Positions 49,445 to 62,477 of a DNA stretch of 64,000 nt are shown here, one piece after another. The translations under genes were made by a program, and so were the position numbers. Location: the NCBI RefSeq assembly GCF_963921235.1, contig NC_086097.1, forward strand, positions 22,074,001 to 22,138,000, in the 5' to 3' direction. Source of the DNA: Mobula hypostoma (lineage: Eukaryota). Under the pieces are notes generated by a model, which was not told the DNA's origin, ran no database searches, and saw only the letters and a list, made by a program, of their open reading frames with translations. The stretch's first letter is position 1. The number at the start of each line of letters is the position of its first letter.

Positions 49445-50891
49445 CCCTCATAATTTTGTATAGCTCTAAAAGATCTCCATTATGTTCAATGTTTTCATTA
49501 GATATGTAGGAAATGGAGAGGAGGCTGGTTTCTGTGATGAGATGTGCTGTATTTCAGTGGTCCACTGAGGAAGAATTTCAAATTCAGTTTGAGAGGGAGA
49601 AACTTAGGTTCAAAGCTAAATAAAGGAATGAACAATGCAATGAGAATAGAATTGACTAAGGTTGTCTGAAGGATAAAACAATATGAGCTGCAGCAAAAAT
49701 TTTAGAGTTATTTCAGAAATCTGAGTCAGGCTATATTCCTGAGAGGTAGAGAGACTCCACAGGAAGAACGCTGACTAAAAAAGTTAAGGATGGTATTAAA
49801 TTAAAAGGAAAGATACACGTTGTTATGAAGATTTGTGATAAGTCCAGGGATTGGAACATTTTTAGAAAATGACAAAGGCTGCCTTAAAATAAACATATAA
49901 AATACAAGTCAAGACAGAAGGATCGCCTACTTTCACTGGCGCATGAATGATAGAAAAAAATGAAGGGTTATGTATGAGGGAAGGGCTAGATTGATCTTAG
50001 AGTAAGTTACAACATTGTGGGCTGATGGGCCTTTACTATGCTGTAATGTTCTATGTTCTATGTAAAAGTGAAGAGAAAATTCAAGTAAAGTTGGTACTCT
50101 TAACTGATGAGCGGGAGAATTTATAATAAGAGATAGAGAAATGGAAGAGAATTTAAATTATCATTTAGACTCATTGATAAGGGACACTAAATTAACATAA
50201 TCTAAATTTGTATTTTTCTATGCAGTTGTTTTTCCTTAGCTTTGTAAGGACCACGTAGGTGTTGATCAAGTTTGGGACATTAGTTTCTGTGGTTGTCCTC
50301 AACAGTTACAGGGAAATGATCATCAGAGTGTGGACGTAAAATCAATACCAACATTTAACCCATTGGATTTCCCTTCCCCAGAGAGTTGTAGAGGCAGAGT
50401 CTTTGAGGATTTTCAACACAAAGATTCATCTGACATTCTTCTGAATCTCGTTGTCTCCATCTCAGAAGACAAACTATACCCAATATCAACTGTAAACCCA
50501 TGGGCTCCCACAGTTCCTTTGACTGCACCTGCTCCAGACTCATCTTCTGTAAAGGATGTCATTTCTTTATCTTAAATTCTGTGGAAAAGATTCTGACTGT
50601 CAATCACTCATATTTTCCCCTGTAACATCTCTAACCCATCCTCCTACATTCCAGTAAGAATGTACACAGCCAAAGTAATCTCACTTTATAGCTACAGCCT
50701 TCCATGCCTGGCTACATCCTGGTGAATTTCTTCCAAACACTCTTTATACTTACCACATCCTTGGTGTAGTGTGGTGACCAGAATTGTACACAGTGCTGAT
50801 TTTTGTACAATGGCAACTTATTGCCACACTCAATACCGCAGCCCATGAAAGCAAATGTACAAATACCTTTTTCACAACCTATTCACCTGTT

Positions 50892-51312
50892 GGGTGGTGG
50901 GGTGGAGATACATCTCTACCAAAGGAGGTGTAAGGAGCTCCTTCCCTCTGCTAGCCTGCAGGCCACCCTTGGGCAAGGTGTAGCACCTGCTTATCCCCCC
51001 AGCCCCGGATCAGAGTTACATAAAGCCATGGGAGCAGGTAATGAATGGTCGTATGAGAAGCTGGTGCATATTATGTCTTGGTAGTATGAACATCGGTGCC
51101 AGGCAGACAATCTCTGAAGAGAATTAATAATGGCTGGGGTCACCTGCCTTATAAAGACACTGCCCAGATGGCAGCAATGGCAAACCAATTCTGTAGAAAA
51201 ACTTGTCAAGAACAGTCATGGTAATGGAGACTGTTATCACCCATGTCATATGACAAGGCACATAACGATGATGTCATACGACACGGCACATAATGATGAT
51301 GATGACGATGAT
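50892..51312 (+). mobile_element. RTE-type non-autonomous element with (GAT)n tail, copy 2
   Basis: Homologous to 43429-43817; degenerate TSD ATTCACCTGTTG / ATCCACGTATTG. Confidence 0.7.
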
Positions 51313-51419
51313 CCACGTATTGTCATGTCTGAGGAGATACGGACCCACATCCCAAGGTCATTGTGTCTCTACCACTTACTCTCTATTTCCAACTAAAATC
51401 TGCTTCCCAATGTGTCTTT

Positions 51420-52035
51420 CAAACATAGAACGGTACAGCATAGGAACGGTCCTTCCGCCCACAGTGTTGTGCCGGACCAGCTAAAAAGCAAATCAGAAAA
51501 ACCACCAAAAACTAATCCCTCCTACCTACTCAATGTCCATATCCCTCCATCTTCCTCCTATTCATGTGCCTATCTAAATGTCTCTTAAAAGTCTCTAATG
51601 TATTTGCCTCTTCCACCTTATCAGGCAGCACCACTCCAGGTATCCGCCACTCTCTGAGTGAAAAAGTCACCGCTCACATTCCCTTTGAATCTACCCCCTC
51701 TCACCTTCAATGTGTGCCCTCTGGTATTAGACATTTCTATCCTGGGTAAAAGATACTCCCTGTCTACTCTATGTATGCTTTTTATAATCTTATAAATTTT
51801 ATTAGATCTCCCCTTAGCCTCTGTCACTCCTTGAAAACTACTCAAGTTCATCCAGCCTCTTAAGATAGCACACACTCTCCAATCCAGGCAGCATCCTGGT
51901 GAACCTCTTCTGCACCCTCTCGAAAGCCTCAAAATGCTTCCTGCAGTGGGGTGACCAGAACTGTGTGCCATACTCCAGATGTGGCCTAACTAGAGTTCAA
52001 TAAATTTGCAACATGACCTCTTGACTTTTGAACCC
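51420..52035 (-). mobile_element. CR1 3' fragment
   Basis: ORF 51621-51971 ends ...TRGHTLKVRGGRFKG...FFTQRV. Confidence 0.8.
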
Positions 52036-54798
52036 AAGTTCCTCACACTTATTCCAACTATTTCTGTTCCACCCGACTTCCAGCTAAACTAAGTCTCACT
52101 GTATGCTGAAATAAACTTTCTCATGAGCTAAAACTCCAGCAATTTTTATGTTGTCTGTAAGTTTACTATCCATGTCACTTACATTTTCACCCAAGTCATA
52201 GAACATTGAACAGCACAGCACAGTACTGGCCCTTCACCCCAGTAAGGAACAGCACAACCCAGTCTGTCACTCAGAATGTTGGGACTCACCAAGTGCAGTG
52301 TATGTTGAGCTGATACCGAGATCAACATCCACATTGATGATCCAGATGATACAACACACACACCAGCATTAGTAAAACTAAGCCATTTTGTTGGTTAACA
52401 TGATGAGTGAACAAACCTTCAACAAACTTCGCAGAAGACCACCTAGCCTTTCTGCCCAGTACCACGCTGCAGTTGAAAAATCACAGACCAACACCACCCT
52501 GTGGGCGAAAGCATCTCTCTCAAATCACTCCTGATGTCACAACCAGGGATCGTTTGTAAAAAAGAAGATTTTTCCAGTTAGTATGTGGGCTGTCTTTACT
52601 CGATTTCACCTCATGTGTCTGCATTGTCCTTGGTTTGTTTTCCTTTCATGTCTAATTGTTTGTCTTTGCCCTAGCTCTTGTTTCTCATTTGGGATCATGG
52701 GGATTGTTAAACTCTTTGTTTTTATCACTGGTATTCAATTTGGGTTAATTTAATGAGCACAGTAATGTCAATGTCTGGAGTTTCTATGTGCTCCAGGGTG
52801 TATTTCAAGAGGGTACACCAAAACCCTCTCTGTTGGGTCGTCGGATGAAATTCAGACTGAGATCTTCTGTGTATCATCAGTACTTTCTGTTCATCAAAAT
52901 ACTATGTAGTTTGCCTGACCTCTTGTCAGTTTTTCAGGTTAATTTATGTAATAAATCTTCAGTTTTGTTTGAATTGCTGAAGTCACTGTGATTTCTTCAC
53001 TTCAGTTCGCTAGTTATCCTCACATCTGATCCTTCTACCAATTAGTTTGAAACTTGTATCCCCTTTGGTATCATCGTTATTCAAGGAAATATAGTGTTTC
53101 CCTTCATCCCTTTCTAGATTCCTCACAATTCACTCCCCCTTCAGCTTACTTGCTAGCTAGGTTGTCTCACTACAAAATGGACATTCACCTGACCAGGCAA
53201 CCTCAGAGCCTCTCCCACGACATCAAGGGACATGGGGTTAGTGGAGGACAGCAATGCTGAAGTAAAATATCCATTATGATCTCACTGAATGGACTTATGC
53301 TTTGGAGTTTTCTGTATTTGTTTTTCACTGTACCTCAGTACACATGACACTAATAAACTCGGTAGCAATTTCCAACAGCCACAATGGGCTAAGTGACCCT
53401 TTGCAACTCCTTTCTCTCTGCTGTAGTGACCAGAATAGAGTGGTGCAGCTAATATTTGATACATTTCTAAGATGCCTTTCCTGCATTATACTTTAGTCCT
53501 TGCAGTCGGAATTTCCCGCATGCCTTCTTGACCCGCCCATCCGTCCTAGTATACCCTGGACACCGTGGTCACACAACCTCACTGCCCCTGTGTGTATCTT
53601 AGTATCCCATCATTTGCTTTGTGTTCCAACTACCAGCCTCTCACTCGCTGCTCCCAGAGAATGTTGTCCGCACGTGATGGTCTCTCTCTCTCTCCCTCTC
53701 TCTTGCTGCTCCCAAAGGAAGGCCCTCTGTTTAGATTCTCCCTTTCTCCTTCAATGCCATTGCGGAAGAAAATGTCAGAGCAAGGTTTAATCAATGAGCT
53801 TTGTGGATTGGATTCTCTATTTCACATTACGATGTGTTTCTAATTTCTGGTTGCCCTCTTTTCTTTTGTTGCTGTTATGAGTGATTTATGAATCAGGGCG
53901 GCCTACTGAGCTGAACTGACGCTTTTGATTTTGTGTTTTATATTCTGTGTTTTTCACTTTTTTTGTTGCCATTTGTGTGATTTTTTTTTCTGCACGTGGA
54001 AGGAGGGGTTTGATGTTTCTTTGAACGGGTTGGGGTTCCATGTTTTTCTTTGTTCCGTGGCTGTCTATGGGGAAGATGAATCTCGGGGTTGGATACTGCA
54101 TACGTACTTTGATAATAAATGTACTCTGAATCTTTGAATCTTTCAATCTTTCAACTCCTTTCCCCTTCCCAACATGTGACCTCACCCGTCCCCGGATCAA
54201 ATTCCATTTACCACAGTTACACCCACCCGAACACTGGATGGATTTCTTCCTGCAGTCGAAGACATTCTTCTTCATTAGCAGCAACTCTGTCAATTTTTGT
54301 GTCTGAGAACTCCTTAATCATGTCCTCGACAGTCAAGTCTGTGTTACTGACTGATACATAACACGCAGAGCAAGTCATCTGGCACGGAGCTCACAGGACT
54401 GCGAGGTGGAGAGGAAAAGCATTAACCTTTCAGATCAATGACCTTTTTTCATAAGCAGTCATAATGATCTTAAAGAAGGGTGAGGAAATTAAATTATCAG
54501 GGAACAAAAAATAAAAGTAATAAAATACTCTGGGTATTCAGAACAGAAATAGGAGCAATATGAAATCTAAAACAAGATGTTGATGTTGGAAATTGAACCA
54601 TACAGTCATAGAGTTTTACAGCACTGAAACAGGCCCTTCAGCCCATCATGTCCATTTCTATCTTTTTGTCCATCCACTTTAATCCTATTTGCCTGCATTA
54701 GGATCGCATCCTACTCTTTGCTTTTTTATGTGCCTCTTAGACATAGAGATTGTATCCAATTCACTCACCTCCACTTGTAGAATATTCCAGGTATCAAC

Positions 54799-55038
54799 TG
54801 TTATATTTTTTAACTCCAAAGTATAAAACTAATTTAAAAAAAAATGTGTGAGTCCCAGGAGAAAGTGACTGAGTTTTGTTTTTACTTTAGGGAGGCGTGC
54901 ACATATGACTTGGTGGTGTAATGACGTATGCCATTCACGTACTTTTGCATATAACCCATAATGAGTTATTTAAACAAACCAGGAATGCTTAATCAAACAT
55001 TATATTTATAATGTTACTTAAATATTAAATATGCGACA
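54799..55038 (-). repeat. 3' LTR of the Gypsy element
   Basis: TGTTA...GACA; homologous to 63483-63731. Preceded on the minus strand by the polypurine tract AAGCAAGGAGGAG (55039-55051). Confidence 0.88.
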
Positions 55039-55096
55039 CTCCTCCTTGCTTAACTATAAACTCCAACTCAATCTCGAATGCATCCCAACATATATA

Positions 55097-55630
55097 CAGT
55101 ACTGTGCAAAAGACTTAGGCAGATATATGTATAGTAATTTTATGTATTGAACTGTACTGCTGCAGCAAAAAAACGACAAATTTCATGGCATACACTATGT
55201 GAGTGATGATAAACCTGATTCTCATAGGGGTCTCTGTTGTGGAATGAGTGGGAAGGGAGCAGGGAGACGGATCACGGTTGGGGGAAGAGGGAGGAGAGGG
55301 AGTGGGAATCACCAGACAGACGTTCTGTAATGATCAATAAACCAATTGTCTGGAATCAAATGACCTTGCCTGGAGTCTCAGGGCTGGGTGTGTCTGCACT
55401 CACACCAACCACCCCCCCCCCACTCCTGGTATTCCTTCTCTACCACCTGTCCCACAACCCTCCCATAGCACTTCACCCTCGCTATACCCAACATCTTTTG
55501 CTTCTCATCAGATTTACAAACTCCCTCTCTGCTCCACATTAAGAAACACAGTCCTATGTAAAACTGTTCAGGCACTCTAATTATATATAGCTAAGGCTAT
55601 ATATATGCCTAAGACTTTCGCACAGTACTG
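55097..55630. mobile_element. Tc1/mariner-type MITE
   Basis: 25-bp TIRs CAGTACTGTGCAAAAGACTTAGGCA and TGCCTAAGACTTTCGCACAGTACTG (23/25 match), with TA on both flanks. Confidence 0.88.
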
Positions 55631-55642
55631 TATATAGAGTAT

Positions 55643-56075
55643 CTCTCTCTCTCTGGCTAGCCATCCTATAGGATGATGATGGTTCCTTTCAAGGAACAGC
55701 GTGTGCGTGAATGGATTTTAGGTGAGTAGGGGGTTGCACAGGTCCAGACCCATCCTTTCGACATCATCTCCCGGATCCAGCGGCATGGTGGGGTCCAAGA
55801 TGGCTGGGGGAAGTTCTGTTGCAGTGAATGGCCAGACCAAGCTTCGATGCAAGGGATGCCCTTTCCACGCTTCACGGCACATGTTTGCCAGATGGCCGTT
55901 CACCCTACAAGAGGGTTCATCCGCCCTTTGACAGGTCTTGTTTTTTGTCCTGCAGGGTGTCTAGCTGCCATCCTCCCCAGGCAAGCCTGGTGGGGGAGCC
56001 GGTTTAGTTGCAGACCACCCGACCATGCGACAGGTAGTACTGGGTTACATGGTACCAGTAGCACTCAGACGAGTC
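55643..56075 (-). mobile_element. Non-autonomous non-LTR element (RTE-type), 433 bp
   Basis: 12-bp TSD TATATAGAGTAT (55631-55642 and 56076-56087); (GA)n tail on the minus strand. Confidence 0.8.
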
Positions 56076-57097
56076 TATATAGAGTATAGAACATAATTCA
56101 ACAACTATATATAGACATCCACATCATAGCAAATTTTAAGTTGTCCCATTCAGTCCTAAAGCTTTAATTGCTGTGGAAGATTTCTTACTCTTGTGGGATA
56201 ACTTCTTTCCTGACAGAGTGTTCACTCTGCTTCTCAGGTGAGACTTGTGGCTGTGAAAGAATCTGAGATTCTGGGGCCTCCTGTGTGATGGTTGTAGGAA
56301 GTGGTTCTGACTGCTCAGCTCTAGAGTTGACTCTGGGACTGCAGGAGGTTCCGACAGCTCTGGACACCTTTCTTCTCTAACAACTGATTGATATGTCATC
56401 TCCAGAGGACATCGGACGCCATCTCCACTGTGTAGGAGAATGGTCCAGTTCTGTCCATTATTCAGGGTCTGCTGCAGTCCCTCTGCAGGATTGCTTGTCC
56501 AGGACTGAAACATCAAAATTCCTTGTTTGAGGAGCCCTGAATTTACCTCAGCTGTTTCCCCTGTATACTCCTTTTGAGATTAGGCTTGGGGAGATGCAAC
56601 CATGTGAAAGTCCCGACCCAGGAGCAGCATAGCTGGTGAGTTGTTGGTTGTGGAGCGTGCTGCATTGCGATATGCAAGCAGGAAGTTGTAAATCTTCTGA
56701 TTCAGTGTCAGGCTAGTGTGTTTTGCTGACATTGCTCACAGTGCATTCTTTAGAACCCGGACAAACCTTTCCATCAAACCATTTGTAGATGGGTGGTATG
56801 GTGCAAACGCAATATGTCGTATTCCATTTATTTTCAGGAAGTGACTGAAGCTGTTCCGGAACAAGCTGTCCATTGTCAGTGACTAAGTGTTCTAGAACAC
56901 CAGTCCTTGAGGAGAGGCTTCTCTACACATCGACAGTGTGTGAGGCTGTAGTGGAGGCTGTTGGGAACTTATGGTCACGTCGTCGCTGCATCTACTACTA
57001 CCAAGAAATTGGTGCTCATGAATGGTCTGGCAAAATCTGCATGAATCCCCTTCCAGGGGAATGCAGGTTATCCCCAGGAATGGAGAGGTGCTGCTCT

Positions 57098-57692
57098 TCA
57101 AAGTTCAAATTTCAAAGTAAATTTATTATCCAAGTATATAAATATGATCATTTGTAACACTGAGATTTGGTTTCTTGTGGGTATACTCAGTAAATCCAAG
57201 GACCATATTAAGATCAATGAAAGATCACAGCAACAGGCGGACAAACAATCAACGCATAAAAGACAACAAACTGTAAGTACAAAAGAGAAAATAATAATAT
57301 TACTAATAATACTCCTAATAATAATAATAATAAATCAATAAATAAGCAATAAATAGCAAGAACATGAGAAGAAGAATCCTTGAAAGGAAGTCCATAGGTT
57401 GTGGAAACAGTTCACTGATGGGGCAAGTGATGTTGAGTGAAGTTATGCACATTGATTCAAGAGTCTGATGGTTGAGGGGTAATAACTGTTCCTGAAGCTG
57501 GTAGTGTGAGTCCTGAGGGTCCTGTAACTTCTTCCTGATGGTAACAGCAAGAAGAGAGCATAATTTGGGTGGTGGTGGACCCTGATGATGGAAGCTGCTT
57601 TCCTGCGACTGTGCTCCATGTAGGTGTGTTCGATGGTGGGGAGGACTTTACCCATGATGGACTGGGTGGTATCCACTACCTTTTGTACACGT
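57098..57692 (-). mobile_element. Rex1/Babar-type 3' fragment inserted in the Gypsy integrase
   Basis: ORF 57443-57739 (QKVVDTTQSIMG...LLPSGRSYRTLRTHTTSFRNSYYPSTIRLLN). Confidence 0.85.
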
Positions 57693-58430
57693 CTTCTGAA
57701 CGTGTTGGCATCCAGAACAGTGCATGGCAAGCTGCTCAATCTGCGGACCTGTCCCTGGCCACCAAATGAAGCTTTGAGCCAATGCTTTCATTTTGACCAC
57801 GCCTAGATGGCCAGCATATTGCTCCTTCAAAGCTTTAGCTCTCAGTTCTGATGTACAACAACTCTCAATCCCCAGAGAAGGCCACTCCTGTCAAGGACAA
57901 GTTTATCCTGGCCCTGGTAAAAATGAGGGAACTGGAATTTCTGCTGCCCATTCCAGACATTTGAGTAGCTAGGTAGTCAGTGTGGGTTCTTCTTCTGACC
58001 TTCAAATGGATCATCTCTGCCCTAATAGGAAGACTTTCAATTTGTTTTGGGGAGAATAAGTCAAGAGGAGTGCACTCTTTTGTAAATTTTTCAGGTATTT
58101 CCTTTCCTAAGGGTAACCAGGACACTCCATTGGCATTTCCATGATTAGTCATCCTCTGGAATTTGATCTGGTAATTGTGTCCTCCAAGTCAGAAACAGGG
58201 CTCATCTTTGTATTTACACTACTGCTGTTGGTGGAACACACTCCTGTGGATTGAAAATGGACACTAATGATTGACGACCAGTGATGAAAGTAAACTCTCT
58301 CCCATACAGTTACTGGTTGAAACGTTGTCCTCCCCAAACTGGACTCAAGGATGTGTGTACATTTTCTCTGCAGCAGTAATGGAATGTGATGCAAACACTG
58401 TGGGACGCTCGCTCCTATCACTCATAACAT

Positions 58431-60489
58431 AAGACCATAAGACACAGGAGCAGAATTAGGTCAGTTGACCCATTGAGTCTGCACCGACATTTCATCATGG
58501 CTGATCGTTTCCCTCTCCAACGCAATCTCCTGCCTTCTCCCCATATCGCTTCATACCCTGACCAATGAAGAATCTATTGACCCCTACCTTAAATATACAT
58601 AAAAACTTGGCCTCCACAGCTGCCAGTGGCAAAAAATCCACAGATTCAGCACTTTCTGCCTAAAGAAATTCTACCTTATCTCCGTTCTAAAAGGATGCCC
58701 CAATATTCTGAGGTTGTATCCTCTGGTATTGGACTCTCCCATCATAGGAAACATCCTTTCCTCATCCACTCTATCAAAACCTTTCACCATTCAATACGTT
58801 TCAATGAGGTCACCCATCATTCTTCTGAATTCTCCTGAATGCAGGCCCAGAGCCATCAAACGCTCTTTATGTTACAAGCCATTCAATCCTGGAATCATTT
58901 TTTGTGAACCTCATTTGAACCCTTTCCAGTTTTAGCACATGCTTTCTAAGATAAGAGGCCCAAAACTGATCACAATAATCCAAGTGAGGCCTCTCTAGAG
59001 CTCCATAAAGTCTCAACATTACATCCTTGCCTTTATATGCTTGTCCTCTTGAAATGAATGCTAACATCAAATTTGCCTTCCTCACCACAGTCTCAACCTG
59101 CAAATTAACCTTTAGGGAATCCTGCACAAAGATTCCCAAGTCCCTTTGCACCTCATTTTTTTTGTATTTTCTCTCCATTTAGAAAATAGGCTACCCTTTC
59201 ATTTCTTCTACCAGAGTGCGTGACCATACACTTCCAGACACTTTATTTAATCTGCCTCTTTGACCATTCTCCTAATCTGTCTAAGTCCTTCTGTAATCTC
59301 GCTACTTCCTCAAAACTACTTGCCCCTCCACCTATCTTCATATCATCTGCAAACTTTGGAACAAAGTCATCAATTCCATCATCCATATCATTGACATATA
59401 AAATAAAAAGAATCAGCCCCAACACAGACCCCTGTGGAACACCACTAGTCACTGGTAACCAACCAGAAAAGGCTCTCTTTATTCCCACACTTTGCCTCCT
59501 ACCACTACTTTACCCATGCTAAAATCTTTCCTGTAATTCCATGGGTTTATAGGCTGTTAAGGGGCCTGATGTATGGCACCCTGTCAAAGGCCTTCTGTTA
59601 AACCAAGTACAAAACAATAATGGGTTCTCCTTTGTCTATCTTGCTTGTTATTTCTTCAAAGAATTCCAACAGATTTGTCAGGCAAGATTTTCCCTTGAGG
59701 AAACCATGCTGACTACAGCCTATTTTATCATGCCTCCAAGTACCCTGAGACCATAACAATTGACTCCAACATCTTCCTGACCACTGAGGTTAGACTAACT
59801 AGCCTATAGTTTCCTGTCTTCTGCCTCTCTCCCTTCTTGAAGAGTGGAGTGATATTTGCAGAACCATTCCAATATCTGGTGATTCTTGAAAGATCATTAC
59901 TAATGCCTCCATAATCTCTTCAGCCACTTCTTTCAGAAACCTGGGGGTGTACGCCATCCGGTCCAGGTGACTTATCTACCTTCAGACCTTTCAAGTTCCC
60001 AAGGACCTTCTCTCTAGTAATGGTAACTTCACACACTTCATGACCCCTGACACCTGGAACCATAGTGCTAGTGTCTTCTGCAGTGAAGACTGGTGCAAAA
60101 TACTTATTCAATTCATATTACATTTCGTTGTTCCCCATTACTAGCTCTCTGTTATCGTTTTCCAGCTGTCCGATATGCACTCTTGAAAACACTGCCCCTG
60201 GAGCCATTCTCACTAATCTACTCTGCCCTAATGGATGAGGAATGAACAAATAAGGACAGAGAGAGAGAATAACTTACAAGACATTGTACCTCACCCAAAC
60301 CTGATTTCAGATAAGCCCGACTAGCCAAAGACACTCTAAATACCGGCGCACTCCAAATGAATGGCTGCTCCGTATGCACTTGAATTATTGTTATTTGGCC
60401 CTTTCTAATAAATTCCTCTTGCTGATTGGTCTCTCCTCAACTCAGAAAACCTGCCGCCAAACTCTGCCTTCAAAATTTTGAGCACTGCC
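58431..60489 (-). mobile_element. Internally deleted CR1 inserted in the Gypsy RNase H
   Basis: ORFs 58867-59178, 59243-59488 (GVPQGS, FADD) and 59920-60111. The Gypsy frame rejoins as GAVMSH|VMSDRSERP across the insertion. Confidence 0.88.
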
Positions 60490-62477
60490 CATGTGACATG
60501 ACTGCACCTATACCATAAAGTGAGGCATCACAGGCAAGCTTCCCTGGGCGATGAGGATTATAATGTGTGAGTGCAGTATTTGACGTCACCCTTCCTTTAT
60601 CTTTTTGAAAGCCACCTCACACTGCATTGACCATTGCCATTTCTTCTTGATCTGTAGTAATGAGTTCAAGGGGTCAAGCACAGTGGCCAGGTTCGACAGG
60701 AACCTGCTATAGTAATTGACAAATCCTAAAAAGGACCACAATTATGACCCATCCTTTGGTCTTGGGGCATCCATCACTACTTGAATTTTCTTTGCATCCC
60801 TGTATAATCATTGTGTGTCCACTGTAAATGATGCTTGGTTTAAGGAATTTACACTTGTTACTCTGTGCTCTGAACCTATAATCTTCTAATCTTTTTTAAC
60901 ACCATCTTGAGATTTAGGAGATATTCCTTGTCATCCTTACTGGTAACAATGCTGTCATCCAGGTGATACTGAGTGCCTGGGCAGCCTTGCAGCATCTACT
61001 CCATAGCCTTCTGACAGAGTGCAGGTGCAGAGGTTACTCCATAAATAAGGCAATTATAGCGATAAAACCCTCTGTGGACATTAATGGTGAGAAACACTTT
61101 GGACTCTTCTTCCATCTCCATCTGTAGGTGGTCCTCAGCTAAGTTCACTTTACTGAGTGTTTTCCTCCGGAGAGGTCTGCAAAGATATCCTCTATCCTGG
61201 GCAGAGGGTATTGATATACCTTCAGTACCAGGTTGATGGAGACCTTAAAATCACTTCCGATCTTGACAGACCTATTCTTTTGGCCTCTTGGACCACTGGA
61301 GTTTCCCATGAGCTCCAGTAAACCTAGGAAGGAATTCCATCAGCCTCCATGTGATCCAGCTCACTGGCTACTTATAGATGGTATAAGGAACCAGACGGGC
61401 TTTGTAAATCTTGGGTGTGGCATTTTCATTTAATATTATTTTACCTTTGATATGTTTGAGTTTTCCAAAGCCATCTTTGTACACTGCTCTGGCATCATCC
61501 AGTACTTTCCATAATTCACCTTCAATTGGCTCTTTTGCTGGTGATGTGGCATGCAAATAGAGGATGGACCTCTAATCAAGTTGTAGATGTCTCAGCCAAT
61601 AATGACACCACAATGCTGGCCATTTTGTTTTTACCACATACAAGCTCATTGTGGCTTGTTGGTTGTTCTATTTCTCCCTTATGAACGTCATTCCACAGGA
61701 GTTATCTTATCTCCAGTATAAATTCTCAGTTAGATATCTGCAGGCTTCATTTTAGTTTCTTTGAAATGCCATTCAAGCTTATTTTGTGGAATGACTGAAA
61801 CGGCCAAGCCAGCATCCAATTCCAATTCATTTGCTGTTCACTTCTGTTGCAAGCCATATTGTTAGTTTTCACATTTTACATCTGAAGATCTACTTAGTCC
61901 TGTGTCATTCTCATTAACACCTTGTGGATTAGTGCTCTTTTTGAAACTGCAGCTTGGCTTTTAATCTTTTTCTCTTCCCTGTGCAGTCCATTTATTTTTG
62001 TCTGCCTGACATCCTCTTTGAATGTGTCCTACTTTGTTGCATTTTCTGCATGGTTCACTTTTAAATGTCAATTGCTCGAGTGTTTATAAGCCCCTGGCAC
62101 AATGGTAACACAATTTGTTCAGTCAGGCAGGTCTCTGTCTAGATGCTGCAATTTTGTTCATGTTTTCTTTCAATCCTGACTGCAACTCAGTTGCCTCTGT
62201 TTCTGCTGTTTCTATTGATACAGTGATTTCAACTGCTCTTTTCAATGTGTGTTGTGTTTCAGTTAGGAGCCATTTTTCAATGCTTTCTCATAAGATTCCA
62301 CAAACTAATTGATCTCTCAGTGTATCATTAAGCCGAAGACTGAACCGACAATGTTCAGACAATCTCTTCGATTTATCCACACATGTTGAAATGGACTCTC
62401 CTTCCTTTTAATTCTGCATATGAAGCGTAAAGCATCCTGCAATCAACAATGGTTCTGGTTCTAAATGTTCTTGCATT

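Noticed and set aside
56136..56516. env-like or extra ORF after the Gypsy integrase
   Set aside because: It is the decayed low-complexity C-terminal tail of pol, with no signal peptide or transmembrane segment.
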